Assembly: GCA_003635255.1 (NCBI GenBank)
Contig: PYJC01000091.1
Coordinates: forward strand, 992-64,991
Reading direction: 5' to 3'
Source of the DNA: Candidatus Poribacteria bacterium
Lineage (GTDB): Bacteria > Poribacteria > WGA-4E > WGA-3G
Length of the DNA: 64,000 nt
Part shown: positions 38,521 to 48,211 of the stretch, in pieces
How positions within the stretch are numbered: position 1 is the stretch's first letter
How the letters are laid out: every line of letters begins with the position of its first letter
Made by a program: the position numbers and the translations under genes
Notes under the pieces: model-generated
What the model saw: only the letters and a program-made list of their open reading frames with translations
Databases searched by the model: none
Told to the model about the DNA's origin: nothing

Positions 38521-38543
38521 TGCTGACAACTGATTCCTGATAG
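38521..38543 (+). repeat. Heptamer array (CTGACAA CTGATTC CTGATAG) immediately upstream of the RBS of the 38556 gene
   Basis: Read directly; it is followed by AAAGGGA and ATG 38556. Confidence 0.65.
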
Positions 38544-38555
38544 AAAGGGAAATAT

Positions 38556-39497
38556 ATGGCACAAGAATGGCATTCCGCACAACTGGAAATTGGTGAAAAC
38601 GAGGACCTCATCGAAGCCTGTTACGAGAACGGTTGGACAGACGGACTGCCCGTCGTTCCACCGACACCTGCACGCGTTGAACGTATGCTCAACGGAACAG
38701 ACCGAGATCCAGATGAATTAATCGCCGCAGTTCCACCAAAATGGGGCAGAGCGACGGTCGAAAAAGTCGCAATCAATGCTGTCATGGCAGGATGTAAACC
38801 TGTATATCTTCCACTTATCCTCACGGCAGTAGAGGCAATGACCAACGAGCAGTTCAACCTTCACGGTGTCCAAGTCACGACCTCTCACGTTGGACCGATG
38901 CTCATTGTGAATGGACCGATCCGACAGCAGTTAGAAATTAACGATGGATTCAATCTCTTCGGTCAAGGCTGGCGTGCGAATGCAACCATCGGTCGCGCGC
39001 TTCGGCTCATCTGTACGAATATCGGCGGTGCGTTGCCCGGAGAACTCGACCGCGCCGCATTTGGACATGCGGGTAAGTACACCTGCTGCATCGCTGAAAA
39101 AGAGGAGACCAGCCCTTGGGATGCCATGCATGTTGACCGCGGATTTCGAGCCGATGATAGCACCGTCACGGTTTTTGCCGCTGCCGGTCCTCAAACCGTC
39201 AATGACCACGGTAGCAACACCGCTGAAGGTATCCTTGACACAATCGCTCAGAACATCGCTGCGCCTGGTAACAGCAGCGGCGAAACGCTCCTCGTCATCG
39301 GTGTTGAACACGCGAAGACAATTTCCGATGACGGCTTCAGCAAAGCCGATGTCCGTCGTTACATTGCTGAGACGACACAGCGATATTCGGAAGCAGACTT
39401 ACTGCTCATGGTAGCCGGTGGACCGGCAGGCAGATGGACAATCATCGTTCCGGGCTGGGGGTCACCGAGTTCGCGTGCCATTACAATGGTGGTGTAG
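38556..39497 (+). CDS. Conserved-looking hypothetical protein
   Basis: 313 aa with good coding appearance (GWTDGLPVVPPT, AINAVMAGCKP). I recognise no family. Confidence 0.6.
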   Translation: MAQEWHSAQLEIGENEDLIEACYENGWTDGLPVVPPTPARVERMLNGTDRDPDELIAAVPPKWGRATVEKVAINAVMAGCKPVYLPLILTAVEAMTNEQFNLHGVQVTTSHVGPMLIVNGPIRQQLEINDGFNLFGQGWRANATIGRALRLICTNIGGALPGELDRAAFGHAGKYTCCIAEKEETSPWDAMHVDRGFRADDSTVTVFAAAGPQTVNDHGSNTAEGILDTIAQNIAAPGNSSGETLLVIGVEHAKTISDDGFSKADVRRYIAETTQRYSEADLLLMVAGGPAGRWTIIVPGWGSPSSRAITMVV

Positions 39498-39653
39498 ACG
39501 CTATCTAAACCGGAACCAAGATTACAAAATTCGATTAGAATTTTTCGCTGAAAATATTTTTGCAAATCGGCAAAAAATGTGGTATCCTTTTTAAGTAAAG
39601 AGAATAGGAAACTGAAATCTGTTTACTGACGTTACACTAAAGGAATAGATGCG

Positions 39654-40082
39654 ATGGATGCGAGAACGCTGTCTCTACCGATCAGCACCTTAGATTACAA
39701 ACAACCTGCCACTGTACCCGTCGGTTCACCTGTCTCCATTGTTATTGATATGATGCAAGAAGGTGGACATGGGAGTGTTCTCGTTGTTGATGAGGATGAA
39801 CAGTTGGTCGGCATCATCACGGAGCGGGATTTGCTGCAGCATGTAAGTGGACAGCGCGCCGCGCCGACAGCATTTAAGGTTGAACAGGTCATGACACCGG
39901 ATCCGGAGGTGCTGCGTGCCAGTGATCCGATCGCTTTCGCGTTAAATCTGATGCATCTTGGTCACTTTCGGCACGTGCCGCTCTGCGTTTGGGACGACCA
40001 AGAAGAAGCATATCCCATCGGTATAATTTCAACCCGTGATATTTTGGAACATATTGCGGTATTCATAGAAAATCAGGAGTAG
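39654..40082 (+). CDS. CBS-domain pair protein
   Basis: VLVVDEDEQLVGIITERDLL and HVPL...IGIISTRDIL repeats. Confidence 0.8.
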   Translation: MDARTLSLPISTLDYKQPATVPVGSPVSIVIDMMQEGGHGSVLVVDEDEQLVGIITERDLLQHVSGQRAAPTAFKVEQVMTPDPEVLRASDPIAFALNLMHLGHFRHVPLCVWDDQEEAYPIGIISTRDILEHIAVFIENQE

Positions 40083-40093
40083 GAGGCGTAACT

Positions 40094-40627
40094 GTGCTTT
40101 ACGATTTAGCGATTGACGAAGAATTAGAAAAGATGGACGAAGACGCTGCATTAAAAGCATGGCGTGCACATGAGATTCAGGGTTCCCTAAAAGATATAAT
40201 GCGTCCTATTGTCACTATTGACATTAATTGTAGCACAAACGAAGCCATTGATATACTCCTTACCCATAAGATTGGCGCGGCACCTGTTGTCGAAAACGGT
40301 TATCTTCGCGGGATTTTTAGTGAACGAGATGTCCTATACAAAATCCTCAACAAGCAGGTCGGCGACCTTGATGTTGTTGGTGTTAAAGAATTCATGATAG
40401 CAGACCCACAAACAGCATGCCCGGAAGACTCCTTGAACACCGCTATCCTTTATATGGCGCGCGGCCATTACCGGCACGTCCCGATTGTTGATTCAGACAA
40501 CCGACCCATCGGTATGGTCTCCATCCGTGATGCGATTTCTTATCTCGTTGAGGAATTTCCGCAAGAAATCCTGACGCTACCTCCGAGACCTGTTCGAGAT
40601 GCCTTTAAAGCCCGTGAGGGAGCCTAA
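40094..40627 (+). CDS. CBS-domain pair protein
   Basis: GTG start after AGGAGG. GAAPVVENGYLRGIFSERDVL and HVPIVDSDNRPIGMVSIRDAI. Confidence 0.8.
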   Translation: MLYDLAIDEELEKMDEDAALKAWRAHEIQGSLKDIMRPIVTIDINCSTNEAIDILLTHKIGAAPVVENGYLRGIFSERDVLYKILNKQVGDLDVVGVKEFMIADPQTACPEDSLNTAILYMARGHYRHVPIVDSDNRPIGMVSIRDAISYLVEEFPQEILTLPPRPVRDAFKAREGA

Positions 40628-40698
40628 ATGTTTCAGGATTTCAGATTTTATAGGCGCGTTCAGAGAACGCGCACCTACCACACGAAAAGGAAGCAATT

Positions 40699-42555
40699 GT
40701 GATGCGCAAGCCAGTAGAGCAAATCGAGGCAGCGACAATCTTATTTGCTGGCGATTCCGGTGATGGTTCACAGACCATTGGCACACAAATGACAGAAACC
40801 ACCGCCCTCATTGGGAATGATGTCGCTACCCTCCCTGATTACCCCGCCGAGATTCGCGCCCCTGCCGGATCTACAGCAGGTGTATCCGGATTCCAACTTC
40901 ACTTCTCCAGTGAACAAATTCATACGCCTGGTGACCTCTGTGATGTACTCGTAGCAATGAACCCTGCGGCGTTAAAAGTACACCTCCATAAACTTAAACC
41001 GAACGGCATTCTAATTGTAAATACCAATGATTTCGCGCGACGCAATCTACGCCTTGCAGGATATGAAGAAGACCCGCTCGAAAGCGATGACTTTACAAAA
41101 TACCAAGTCTTCCGTGTCGAATTAACACGACTCACGCGAACAGCACTCGAAACAACGCAATTGAGTACGAGCGAAATTGATCGGTGTAAAAACTTTTTCG
41201 CACTCGGTATGATCCTCTGGCTTTACAATCGTCCGATGGAATACACGATGAAGTGGATCAAAGCGAAATACGCCAAAAGACCGCAGTACATCGAGCCCAA
41301 TATCCTCGCACTTCGCGCGGGGAATACCTACTGTGATATGACTGAGCAATTCGCCGTCTCTTACGATGTCAAACCGGCGCCTTTTGAACCCGGCACCTAT
41401 CGGAACATCGAAGGCAATATGGCAACAGTGCTTGGACTCATCGCTGCATCGCATCAATCTGGTTTACCGCTCGTTTATGGGAGTTACCCGATAACGCCTG
41501 CCAGTGATATCCTTCATGGGCTCGCTAAATACCGAAATTTCGGTGTCGTTACGATGCAAATGGAAGATGAAATCGCCGCTGTTGGTGTTGCAATCGGTGC
41601 AGCCTTTAGCGGTGCCCTCGGTGTTACCGGCAGTAGCGGCCCCGGACTCGCTCTTAAAGCCGAAGCCATTAATCTCGCAATGATCGCTGAACTTCCGATT
41701 GTGGTATGTAACATCCAGCGTGCGGGTCCCTCAACAGGGATGCCGACGAAGACGGAACAGTCGGACCTTCTGCAGATGTTTTACGGTAGGAACGGGGAAT
41801 CACCAGTCCCGATCGTCGCGTCTTCACGTCCGTTTGACTGTTTTGAAGCCGTCTATGAGGCGTGCCGTATCGCCGTGAAATATAGGACCCCCGTGATCTT
41901 TTTATCTGATCTCTATATCGGAATGGGTGCCGAACCGTGGAAAATCCCCGAACTCTCCGAATTGCCAGAGATTAAACCGAATTTCGCAACGAGCGCAGGT
42001 CCCAGTGACGAATTTGAACCGTATCTCCGCGACCCAGAGACACTGGCGCGTCCGTGGGCAAAACCAGGAACACTCGGTTTAGAGCACCGCATCGGCGGCT
42101 TGGAGAAATCCGACGTGACGGGACACGTCAGCTACGACCCCGATAACCACGAGAAAATGGTGGAAATTCGAGCGGAAAAGGTGGCACGCATTGCTAACGA
42201 TATTCCACCGACTGAGGTCTTTGGGGCACAGGAGGGCGACATCCTCTTGCTCGGATGGGGCGGCACTTTCGGCGGGCTTAGAACCGCAACGGAAAATTAT
42301 GTCAGTGAAGGACTCCCGATCGGGCATGTTCATCTCCGACACCTTAATCCGTTGCCAAACGATTTAGGCGACATCCTCAATAGATTCAAAAAAATCTTAA
42401 TCCCGGAACTCAATAGTGGGCAGCTTCTGCAACTCATCCGCGCCACCTATCTTATCGACGCGATCGGGCTTAACAAAGTACAGGGGCAACCCTTTCATGT
42501 TTTTGAGCTGCATGCCAAAATAGACGAAATACTTAAAAAGATGGAACTCTTTTAG
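40699..42555 (+). CDS. korA: 2-oxoacid:ferredoxin oxidoreductase alpha subunit (fused gamma-alpha type)
   Basis: 618 aa. FAGDSGDGSQTIG start, YPITPASD and QMEDEIAA blocks. Confidence 0.85.
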   Translation: MMRKPVEQIEAATILFAGDSGDGSQTIGTQMTETTALIGNDVATLPDYPAEIRAPAGSTAGVSGFQLHFSSEQIHTPGDLCDVLVAMNPAALKVHLHKLKPNGILIVNTNDFARRNLRLAGYEEDPLESDDFTKYQVFRVELTRLTRTALETTQLSTSEIDRCKNFFALGMILWLYNRPMEYTMKWIKAKYAKRPQYIEPNILALRAGNTYCDMTEQFAVSYDVKPAPFEPGTYRNIEGNMATVLGLIAASHQSGLPLVYGSYPITPASDILHGLAKYRNFGVVTMQMEDEIAAVGVAIGAAFSGALGVTGSSGPGLALKAEAINLAMIAELPIVVCNIQRAGPSTGMPTKTEQSDLLQMFYGRNGESPVPIVASSRPFDCFEAVYEACRIAVKYRTPVIFLSDLYIGMGAEPWKIPELSELPEIKPNFATSAGPSDEFEPYLRDPETLARPWAKPGTLGLEHRIGGLEKSDVTGHVSYDPDNHEKMVEIRAEKVARIANDIPPTEVFGAQEGDILLLGWGGTFGGLRTATENYVSEGLPIGHVHLRHLNPLPNDLGDILNRFKKILIPELNSGQLLQLIRATYLIDAIGLNKVQGQPFHVFELHAKIDEILKKMELF

Positions 42556-42582
42556 CCTCAAACGCAAAGGCGGTAACACACC

Positions 42583-43629
42583 ATGAAAAGGAAAAGAACC
42601 TCACGGATTCCAGTCGGTGCACCGACCCTCACAAGGGATGATTTCAAATCTGACCAAGATGTACGCTGGTGTCCAAGCTGCGGCGACTATTCTATTCTTG
42701 CCCAGACGCAACGGACGCTACCTGAACTCGGCATTCCGAAAGAGGATATCGTCTTTATCTCTGGTATCGGGTGTTCAAGTCGGTTTCCGTACTATATGAA
42801 CACCTACGGTTTCCACACGATCCACGGTAGAGCCCCAACGATCGCCTCCGGTGTAAAGATGGCGAACCCCGATCTCTCCGTATGGGTCATCACAGGTGAC
42901 GGCGATGCACTCTCAATCGGCGGTAACCACTTTATCCACCTGATGCGTCGGAATTTCGATGTCAACGTGCTGTTGTTTAACAACCGCATCTATGGACTCA
43001 CGAAAGGGCAATACTCACCGACTTCCGAACAAGGAGAATCGACCCCTTCCACGCCACTCGGTTCATTGGATTCACCGTTTAATCCAATCAGTCTTGCTCT
43101 CGCTTCCGGTGCAACATTCGTTGCACGGTCGGTAGACATTCACTCGGATCATTTGCGTCCGATGCTCAAGGCTGCCTTTGAGCATAAAGGCACGTCTTTC
43201 ATTGAGATCTACCAAAATTGCCATATCTTTAACGATGATACCTTTGAACTACAGAGAGAAAAAGAGCATAAGACTGATCATACGGTGCTTCTCGAACACG
43301 GTGAACCGCTCGTTTTCGGTGCGGAACACGATAAGGGCATCCGACTCAACGGTTTCCAACCTGAAGTCGTTGACCTAACGGATGGCGAGCACACCATTGA
43401 CGACCTCATCATCCACGACCAGCACGCCGAAGACACCACCTTAGCGAATTTCCTCGCTGGGATGAGCGATACGCCTGATATGCCGCATCCGATGGGCATT
43501 TTCCGAAGCGTCCAACACCCGTGCTACGAAAACCTAATGACCAACCAGATCCGTACCGCGACAGAACGGATGGGCGAAGGCGACCTCAACGCACTCCTTC
43601 ACGATGGTGAAACGTGGACAGTGGCATAA
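42583..43629 (+). CDS. korB: 2-oxoacid:ferredoxin oxidoreductase beta subunit (TPP-binding)
   Basis: WCPSCGDYSIL, GIGCSSRF and GDGDALSIGGNH motifs. Confidence 0.85.
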   Translation: MKRKRTSRIPVGAPTLTRDDFKSDQDVRWCPSCGDYSILAQTQRTLPELGIPKEDIVFISGIGCSSRFPYYMNTYGFHTIHGRAPTIASGVKMANPDLSVWVITGDGDALSIGGNHFIHLMRRNFDVNVLLFNNRIYGLTKGQYSPTSEQGESTPSTPLGSLDSPFNPISLALASGATFVARSVDIHSDHLRPMLKAAFEHKGTSFIEIYQNCHIFNDDTFELQREKEHKTDHTVLLEHGEPLVFGAEHDKGIRLNGFQPEVVDLTDGEHTIDDLIIHDQHAEDTTLANFLAGMSDTPDMPHPMGIFRSVQHPCYENLMTNQIRTATERMGEGDLNALLHDGETWTVA

Positions 43630-43683
43630 GTATTATCCAGATATTTGTTTCAACACGGTTATTAAATCTGACAGGGCCCAACC

Positions 43684-44457
43684 ATGAAGATTTACATTTT
43701 AACTGACTTGGAAGGGGTTGCGATGGTATCCCGCTTCAGTCAAACCCGTGAAGAAGGTCCCCAGAAACAAGCATCCATGGGACTATTGACGCAGGAGATA
43801 AACGCTGCTGTTGACGGTATCCTTGATGCGGATGCGGACGCAGAAATTGTGGTCTGGGATGGACACGGGACTGGTGGGATTGATGTGCTTGCGTTTCATC
43901 CAGAGGCGCAGTTAATTGCGCGAGGCCCGATTCGTCCGCCCTACTATCTTGACGAAACTTACGACGCGCTCTTTTTCGTAGGACAACACGCTATGGCAGG
44001 CACACCCAATGCACCGTTGAGTCATACCTATTCTTCTTTGTCAATTGAATACTACAAACTCAACGGGGAAATGATCGGAGAATTCGGATGCCGTGCAGCG
44101 TTGGCTGGGACCTTTGATGTTCCAACGGTTTTTATCTCCGGTGACGATAAAGCGGTTGCAGAAGCGAAGCAACTTATACCCGACATTTATGGTGTCGAAA
44201 CCAAACAGGGACTCGGGCAGGAACTCGCGTTGCACCTCTCACCGCAACGGTCTCGAGAACTGATTCGCGAGACCGCTGCGACGGCTTGCCGAAATATCGC
44301 TGAGATTTCACCATTTAAAATCGATCCACCTTATACGTTTGAGGTCCGGGTCCTTGAAGGTAAATCCATTGACGGGTACCTGAAACGCGGCGCAGTAAAG
44401 ATTGATGATCGCACCGTCAGTTGGCACAGCGATGACCTTTGCACCTTGTCCATTTAG
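43684..44457 (+). CDS. M55-family D-aminopeptidase (DppA-like)
   Basis: MKIYILTDLEGVA start and HAMAGT region. Confidence 0.7.
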   Translation: MKIYILTDLEGVAMVSRFSQTREEGPQKQASMGLLTQEINAAVDGILDADADAEIVVWDGHGTGGIDVLAFHPEAQLIARGPIRPPYYLDETYDALFFVGQHAMAGTPNAPLSHTYSSLSIEYYKLNGEMIGEFGCRAALAGTFDVPTVFISGDDKAVAEAKQLIPDIYGVETKQGLGQELALHLSPQRSRELIRETAATACRNIAEISPFKIDPPYTFEVRVLEGKSIDGYLKRGAVKIDDRTVSWHSDDLCTLSI

Positions 44458-44542
44458 TTCCCCGCAGAGCCATTCGATTTCTATTTCTTAGCCGCGCTGG
44501 CAGCGTTTGGTGTAGTTTAAGAAAATATTCCAGTAATTCAGG

Positions 44543-44570
44543 CTGACAACCGATAACTGAAAACTGTCTG
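44543..44570 (+). repeat. Heptamer array CTGACAA CCGATAA CTGAAAA CTGTCTG
   Basis: Read directly. It is in sense orientation relative to the downstream LamG gene and lies upstream of the predicted promoter. Confidence 0.65.
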
Positions 44571-44598
44571 CTTCTGCGCTTCTCTTCTTAAAATGATA

Positions 44599-44627
44599 TT
44601 GACAAATTCACCGATAAATTGTACAAT
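44599..44627 (+). promoter_or_regulatory. Near-consensus sigma70 promoter
   Basis: TTGACA (44599-44604), exact 17-nt spacer, TACAAT (44622-44627). The predicted TSS is about 44634, a few nt before repeat copy B. Confidence 0.5.
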
Positions 44628-44638
44628 CTAAGAAATTT

Positions 44639-44749
44639 CAGGACTTACGCAAATTTGCTTCCACCGCATTTTCTGTGAAAGTAGCAACGCGCCGTTACGG
44701 AATCGCGCCTGTGGTTGCATAGGATGCGTAAGTACTTTGGTTTGGAACA
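44639..44749 (+). repeat. Copy B of the leader/MITE-like element
   Basis: CAGGACTTACGCAAATTT (44639-44656). TGCGTAAGTAC (44725-44735) complements the 5' box at 10 of 11 positions. TTTGGAACA lies at 44741-44749, 40 nt upstream of the LamG start. Confidence 0.7.
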
Positions 44750-44788
44750 GCAGCGTTTTTGAAGATATATACGCAAAGGAGACTCCAA

Positions 44789-45628
44789 ATGAAAACTTCT
44801 TTTTTCTTCAGATTTTTGATGTTAAGCCTAATGCTAACCGGAGTCGTAGTGACGTGTCACGCGCAGAGCGTTAGTGAAGAAGGTCTTGTTCTCTACTATA
44901 GCTTCAACAAGGACACCCAAGAAGGGGATGATGTCGTCGATATGTCTGGCAACGGAAATAACGGTTTCCTCCACGGCAGTGATTTGCAGATTGTATCAGG
45001 CAAAGTGGGAGACTGTATGCAGTTTCCAGGGGATGCTGCCCAATATATCTCGGTGCGGGAGCACATGTATGCAGAACCGTTCGCGGAGATAACCCTCGCG
45101 GCTTGGGTGAAGACGAGCGTCCGAGGGATGGTCGCTTCGTGGGATCGGAGCGAATTCTTCCGTTTCGCTGTTGGTGACGACGTGGGCGGCAACAATGGAA
45201 CAACCTTCGTCGCTTTCGACACTTGTTGCCCGTGTTGCCATGACTGGTTCGGCAAAACAGATGTCGCCGATGATGAGTGGCACCATATAGTCGCAACGTT
45301 TGATGGGACAATGAAACGTATCTATGTTGATGGGGAGTTAGATGCCGAGATTGAGGCACCAGCAGAAGTCATCGGTGCAGGACAGGCAAGGTTCGGGTTC
45401 ATCGGCATCGGTTCAGAGGCAGGTGCTTTTGATGCCAATGTGGGACCCACATGGGCGTACAACGGACTACTCGACGAGTTCCTGTTGTTCCATCGGCCGC
45501 TCAGTGCGGATGAGGTTGCACATCTCGCCACTGGACCTGACGATCCCTTTGTCGATGCAGGGACCAGTGTTGACCCGGCTGACAAGCTCAGCACAACGTG
45601 GGGTAGTTTGAAGTCTACTTATAGATAA
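44789..45628 (+). CDS. Secreted LamG/concanavalin-A-like lectin domain protein
   Basis: AAAGGAG RBS and a signal-peptide-like N-terminus. DMSGNGNNG, LAAWVK and WHHIVATFDGTMKRIYVDGEL blocks typical of LamG_3 domains. Confidence 0.8.
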   Translation: MKTSFFFRFLMLSLMLTGVVVTCHAQSVSEEGLVLYYSFNKDTQEGDDVVDMSGNGNNGFLHGSDLQIVSGKVGDCMQFPGDAAQYISVREHMYAEPFAEITLAAWVKTSVRGMVASWDRSEFFRFAVGDDVGGNNGTTFVAFDTCCPCCHDWFGKTDVADDEWHHIVATFDGTMKRIYVDGELDAEIEAPAEVIGAGQARFGFIGIGSEAGAFDANVGPTWAYNGLLDEFLLFHRPLSADEVAHLATGPDDPFVDAGTSVDPADKLSTTWGSLKSTYR

Positions 45629-45664
45629 AGTTCGGCGTTTTTGTAAACTAAAGTTTTCTTATTA

Positions 45665-45744
45665 ATTGAGGGTGGTACATAATTGTTCGGTGTAGGGTTC
45701 CGTTCACATTCGGAAACTCCTCTGATTTATGAACCACCCTCAAT
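45665..45744. repeat. Long inverted repeat (18 bp with 1 mismatch; 12 bp perfect) with a ~44-nt spacer
   Basis: ATTGAGGGTGGTACATAA (45665-45682) pairs with TTATGAACCACCCTCAAT (45727-45744). It lies downstream of the LamG stop with no T-tract. Confidence 0.8.
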
Positions 45745-45905
45745 CGAATTTTTAATCTCCATAAAACCTCACCCCTCAGACCATTCCTCTTTCCCTTGAC
45801 TTTCCCCTTCAGATTCTGGTATTCTTTTATAGCATTTATAATTTATACAATACGATCTTCTACCGGCACACGCTATAAGTGTGCCATATTATATCGGATT
45901 CATAT

Positions 45906-47027
45906 ATGGATATTTTTGATTGTGAACTGAAACAACAGGTTATCTTCGGTGATAACACGATTGAAAGGCTCGGCGAGTTGACGCGCTCGCTCGGTGGTAG
46001 TCGGGTTCTCCTCGTGACAGATCCGGGTATCGAAAAGGTAGGCATTCTCGCGAGAGCCGTCTCAGCGTTGCAAAGCGAAAGGATCGCTGCCTACGTTTAT
46101 TCGGATGTCACGTCCAATCCGACGACAGAGAATGTCGAGGCTGCCGTTGAAGTTGCGAAAACCAATGCACCGATAGATTTCATTATCGGACTCGGTGGTG
46201 GCAGCCCTATGGATTGTGCGAAGGGCGCGAACTTCCTACTCACAAACGATGGCAAGATGGAGGACTATTGGGGTACCAACAAGGCGACAGAACCGATGTT
46301 GCCCTCTATCGGTGTCCCGACAACCATCGGTACCGGCAGCGAGGCACAGTCTTTCGCGCTCATCTCACAGGTAGACACACACATCAAAATGGCGTGTGGG
46401 GATAAAAAGGCGAGATTCGGCACTGTAATTTTGGATGGAACGCTCACCAAGACCTTGCCGAGATCGATCGCAGCGATTACCGCGATAGATGCTGTTGCAC
46501 ACGCTGTTGAGAGTTATGTCTCAACTCGACACAACCCGATGTCACAGATGTTCGCACGGCACGCTTGGGAGTTGTTAGATGCTCACTTTGAGGTATCTCT
46601 TGGGCCTAATAGTGCCACAGCACGCAGCAAAATGCTGTTCGGTGCCTATCTCGCCGGACTTGCGATTGAAAATTCGATGCTCGGTGCTGCACACGCCTGT
46701 GCCAATCCCTTGACAGCAAGATACGATGTCATCCACGGTGTCGCGGTCGCGTTGATGTTACCGCATGTCATCCGATTCAATAGCACTGTTGCAGGAGCCG
46801 CCTATCATGAACTGTACCCGGACGGAGATATTGCGGACAGAATTACAGCACTCAACCAGATTGGTAATTTACCGAACAGACTTCGGGATTATCCTGTCCA
46901 ATACACGATCGGAACAGCGGACATACCGACGTTGGCAGAGGAAGCATCAACACAGTGGACAGCGCAATTCAACCCGCGCCCTTTGGATATTAGAGACTTT
47001 ATGAGGCTTTATGAACAAGTTTATTGA
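45906..47027 (+). CDS. Iron-containing (group III) alcohol dehydrogenase
   Basis: GLGGGSPMDCAKG motif and His-rich metal-site region (AVAHAVES, GAAHACANPL). Confidence 0.85.
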   Translation: MDIFDCELKQQVIFGDNTIERLGELTRSLGGSRVLLVTDPGIEKVGILARAVSALQSERIAAYVYSDVTSNPTTENVEAAVEVAKTNAPIDFIIGLGGGSPMDCAKGANFLLTNDGKMEDYWGTNKATEPMLPSIGVPTTIGTGSEAQSFALISQVDTHIKMACGDKKARFGTVILDGTLTKTLPRSIAAITAIDAVAHAVESYVSTRHNPMSQMFARHAWELLDAHFEVSLGPNSATARSKMLFGAYLAGLAIENSMLGAAHACANPLTARYDVIHGVAVALMLPHVIRFNSTVAGAAYHELYPDGDIADRITALNQIGNLPNRLRDYPVQYTIGTADIPTLAEEASTQWTAQFNPRPLDIRDFMRLYEQVY

Positions 47028-48210
47028 CAGACAAGCAGGCGAGCAAAATCGTCCGCGTCTTCAAAGGTCGAAGGCTACGGCACAACGGAGTGTGCCTGCT
47101 ATTTTCCTCACGTTTTTACTGCTGTTTAGCATTGCAAATGCAACGCTCGGTAACTGGAAAAGTTTTCGTGGAAACCCGCAACTCACCGGTGTTGCAGATT
47201 CCCTACTCCCGGACAATCCTCAATTGCTTTGGACTTTTCAGGCAGGGGACATGATCGAATCCACCGCCGCAATCGTTGACGGAACGGTCTATATCGGTGC
47301 GTTGGACGGGATACTCTACGCAATCGACGCACGAACAGGTGAAAAGCAGTGGACGTATCAGGCGAACGGTTCGATCAAAGCATCACCTGCTATTCACAAT
47401 GGAATCGTCTACTTCGGTGACGGTGATGGGGTGTTTCATGCAGTGGACATCAGCACTCGGAAAATGAAATGGCAGTTTAGCACGGAAGGCGAAATCATAT
47501 CTTCAGCAAATTTTGCTGGCGACCGTGTACTATTCGGCTCGTATGACGGATTCCTCTACTGTCTCAACCGAGAAAGTGGAGAATTGGTCTGGAAATTTGA
47601 GACGGAAGGGTATGTTCACGGCACCCCTGGTGTGTGGGCGCAGTCTGAAAGTGCATCCGGTGATGCCGCTAATTTCGTGATTCTGACGGGGTGCGACAGT
47701 TATCTTCGTGTTATTAACATTGATGACGGCACACAGACACAACAGGTAGACCTCGGCGCGTACGTTGGTGCAAGTCCGGCGATTTCGCAAGATCAGGTCT
47801 ATTGTGGCACCTACGGCACCGAAATATTGGGAATAGCGTTGGATAGTGGGGAGATTGCGTGGCGGTATCGGCATCCGAAACGGCAATTCCCGTTCTTTGC
47901 CTCAGCTGCTCTCTCTAAGGATAGCGTTATCATTGGTGGACGTGATAAAATGGTACACGCGCTTTCACGGGAGACTGGCGAACCGATATGGACTTACACC
48001 ACTAAAGCGAGTATCGAGTCTTCCGCTGTCATTGTCGGCACACGTGTTTTTCTTGGGACGACCCGCGGATTGTTTATCGCTCTGGATATTACAAATGGGG
48101 AATCGGTGTGGGAATTCGCGACAGGTTCATCTATCGTCGCATCGCCGAGCGTCTCAGATGGTAAAATCTATATCGGCACCGAGGACGGAATCCTCTATTG
48201 TTTTGGGTAG
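47011..48210 (+). CDS. PQQ-like beta-propeller repeat protein (BamB-like), signal-anchored
   Basis: Repeated G.vY.G..DG.lYAlD..tGe..W units. Confidence 0.8.
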   Translation: MNKFIDRQAGEQNRPRLQRSKATAQRSVPAIFLTFLLLFSIANATLGNWKSFRGNPQLTGVADSLLPDNPQLLWTFQAGDMIESTAAIVDGTVYIGALDGILYAIDARTGEKQWTYQANGSIKASPAIHNGIVYFGDGDGVFHAVDISTRKMKWQFSTEGEIISSANFAGDRVLFGSYDGFLYCLNRESGELVWKFETEGYVHGTPGVWAQSESASGDAANFVILTGCDSYLRVINIDDGTQTQQVDLGAYVGASPAISQDQVYCGTYGTEILGIALDSGEIAWRYRHPKRQFPFFASAALSKDSVIIGGRDKMVHALSRETGEPIWTYTTKASIESSAVIVGTRVFLGTTRGLFIALDITNGESVWEFATGSSIVASPSVSDGKIYIGTEDGILYCFG

Positions 48211-48211
48211 G

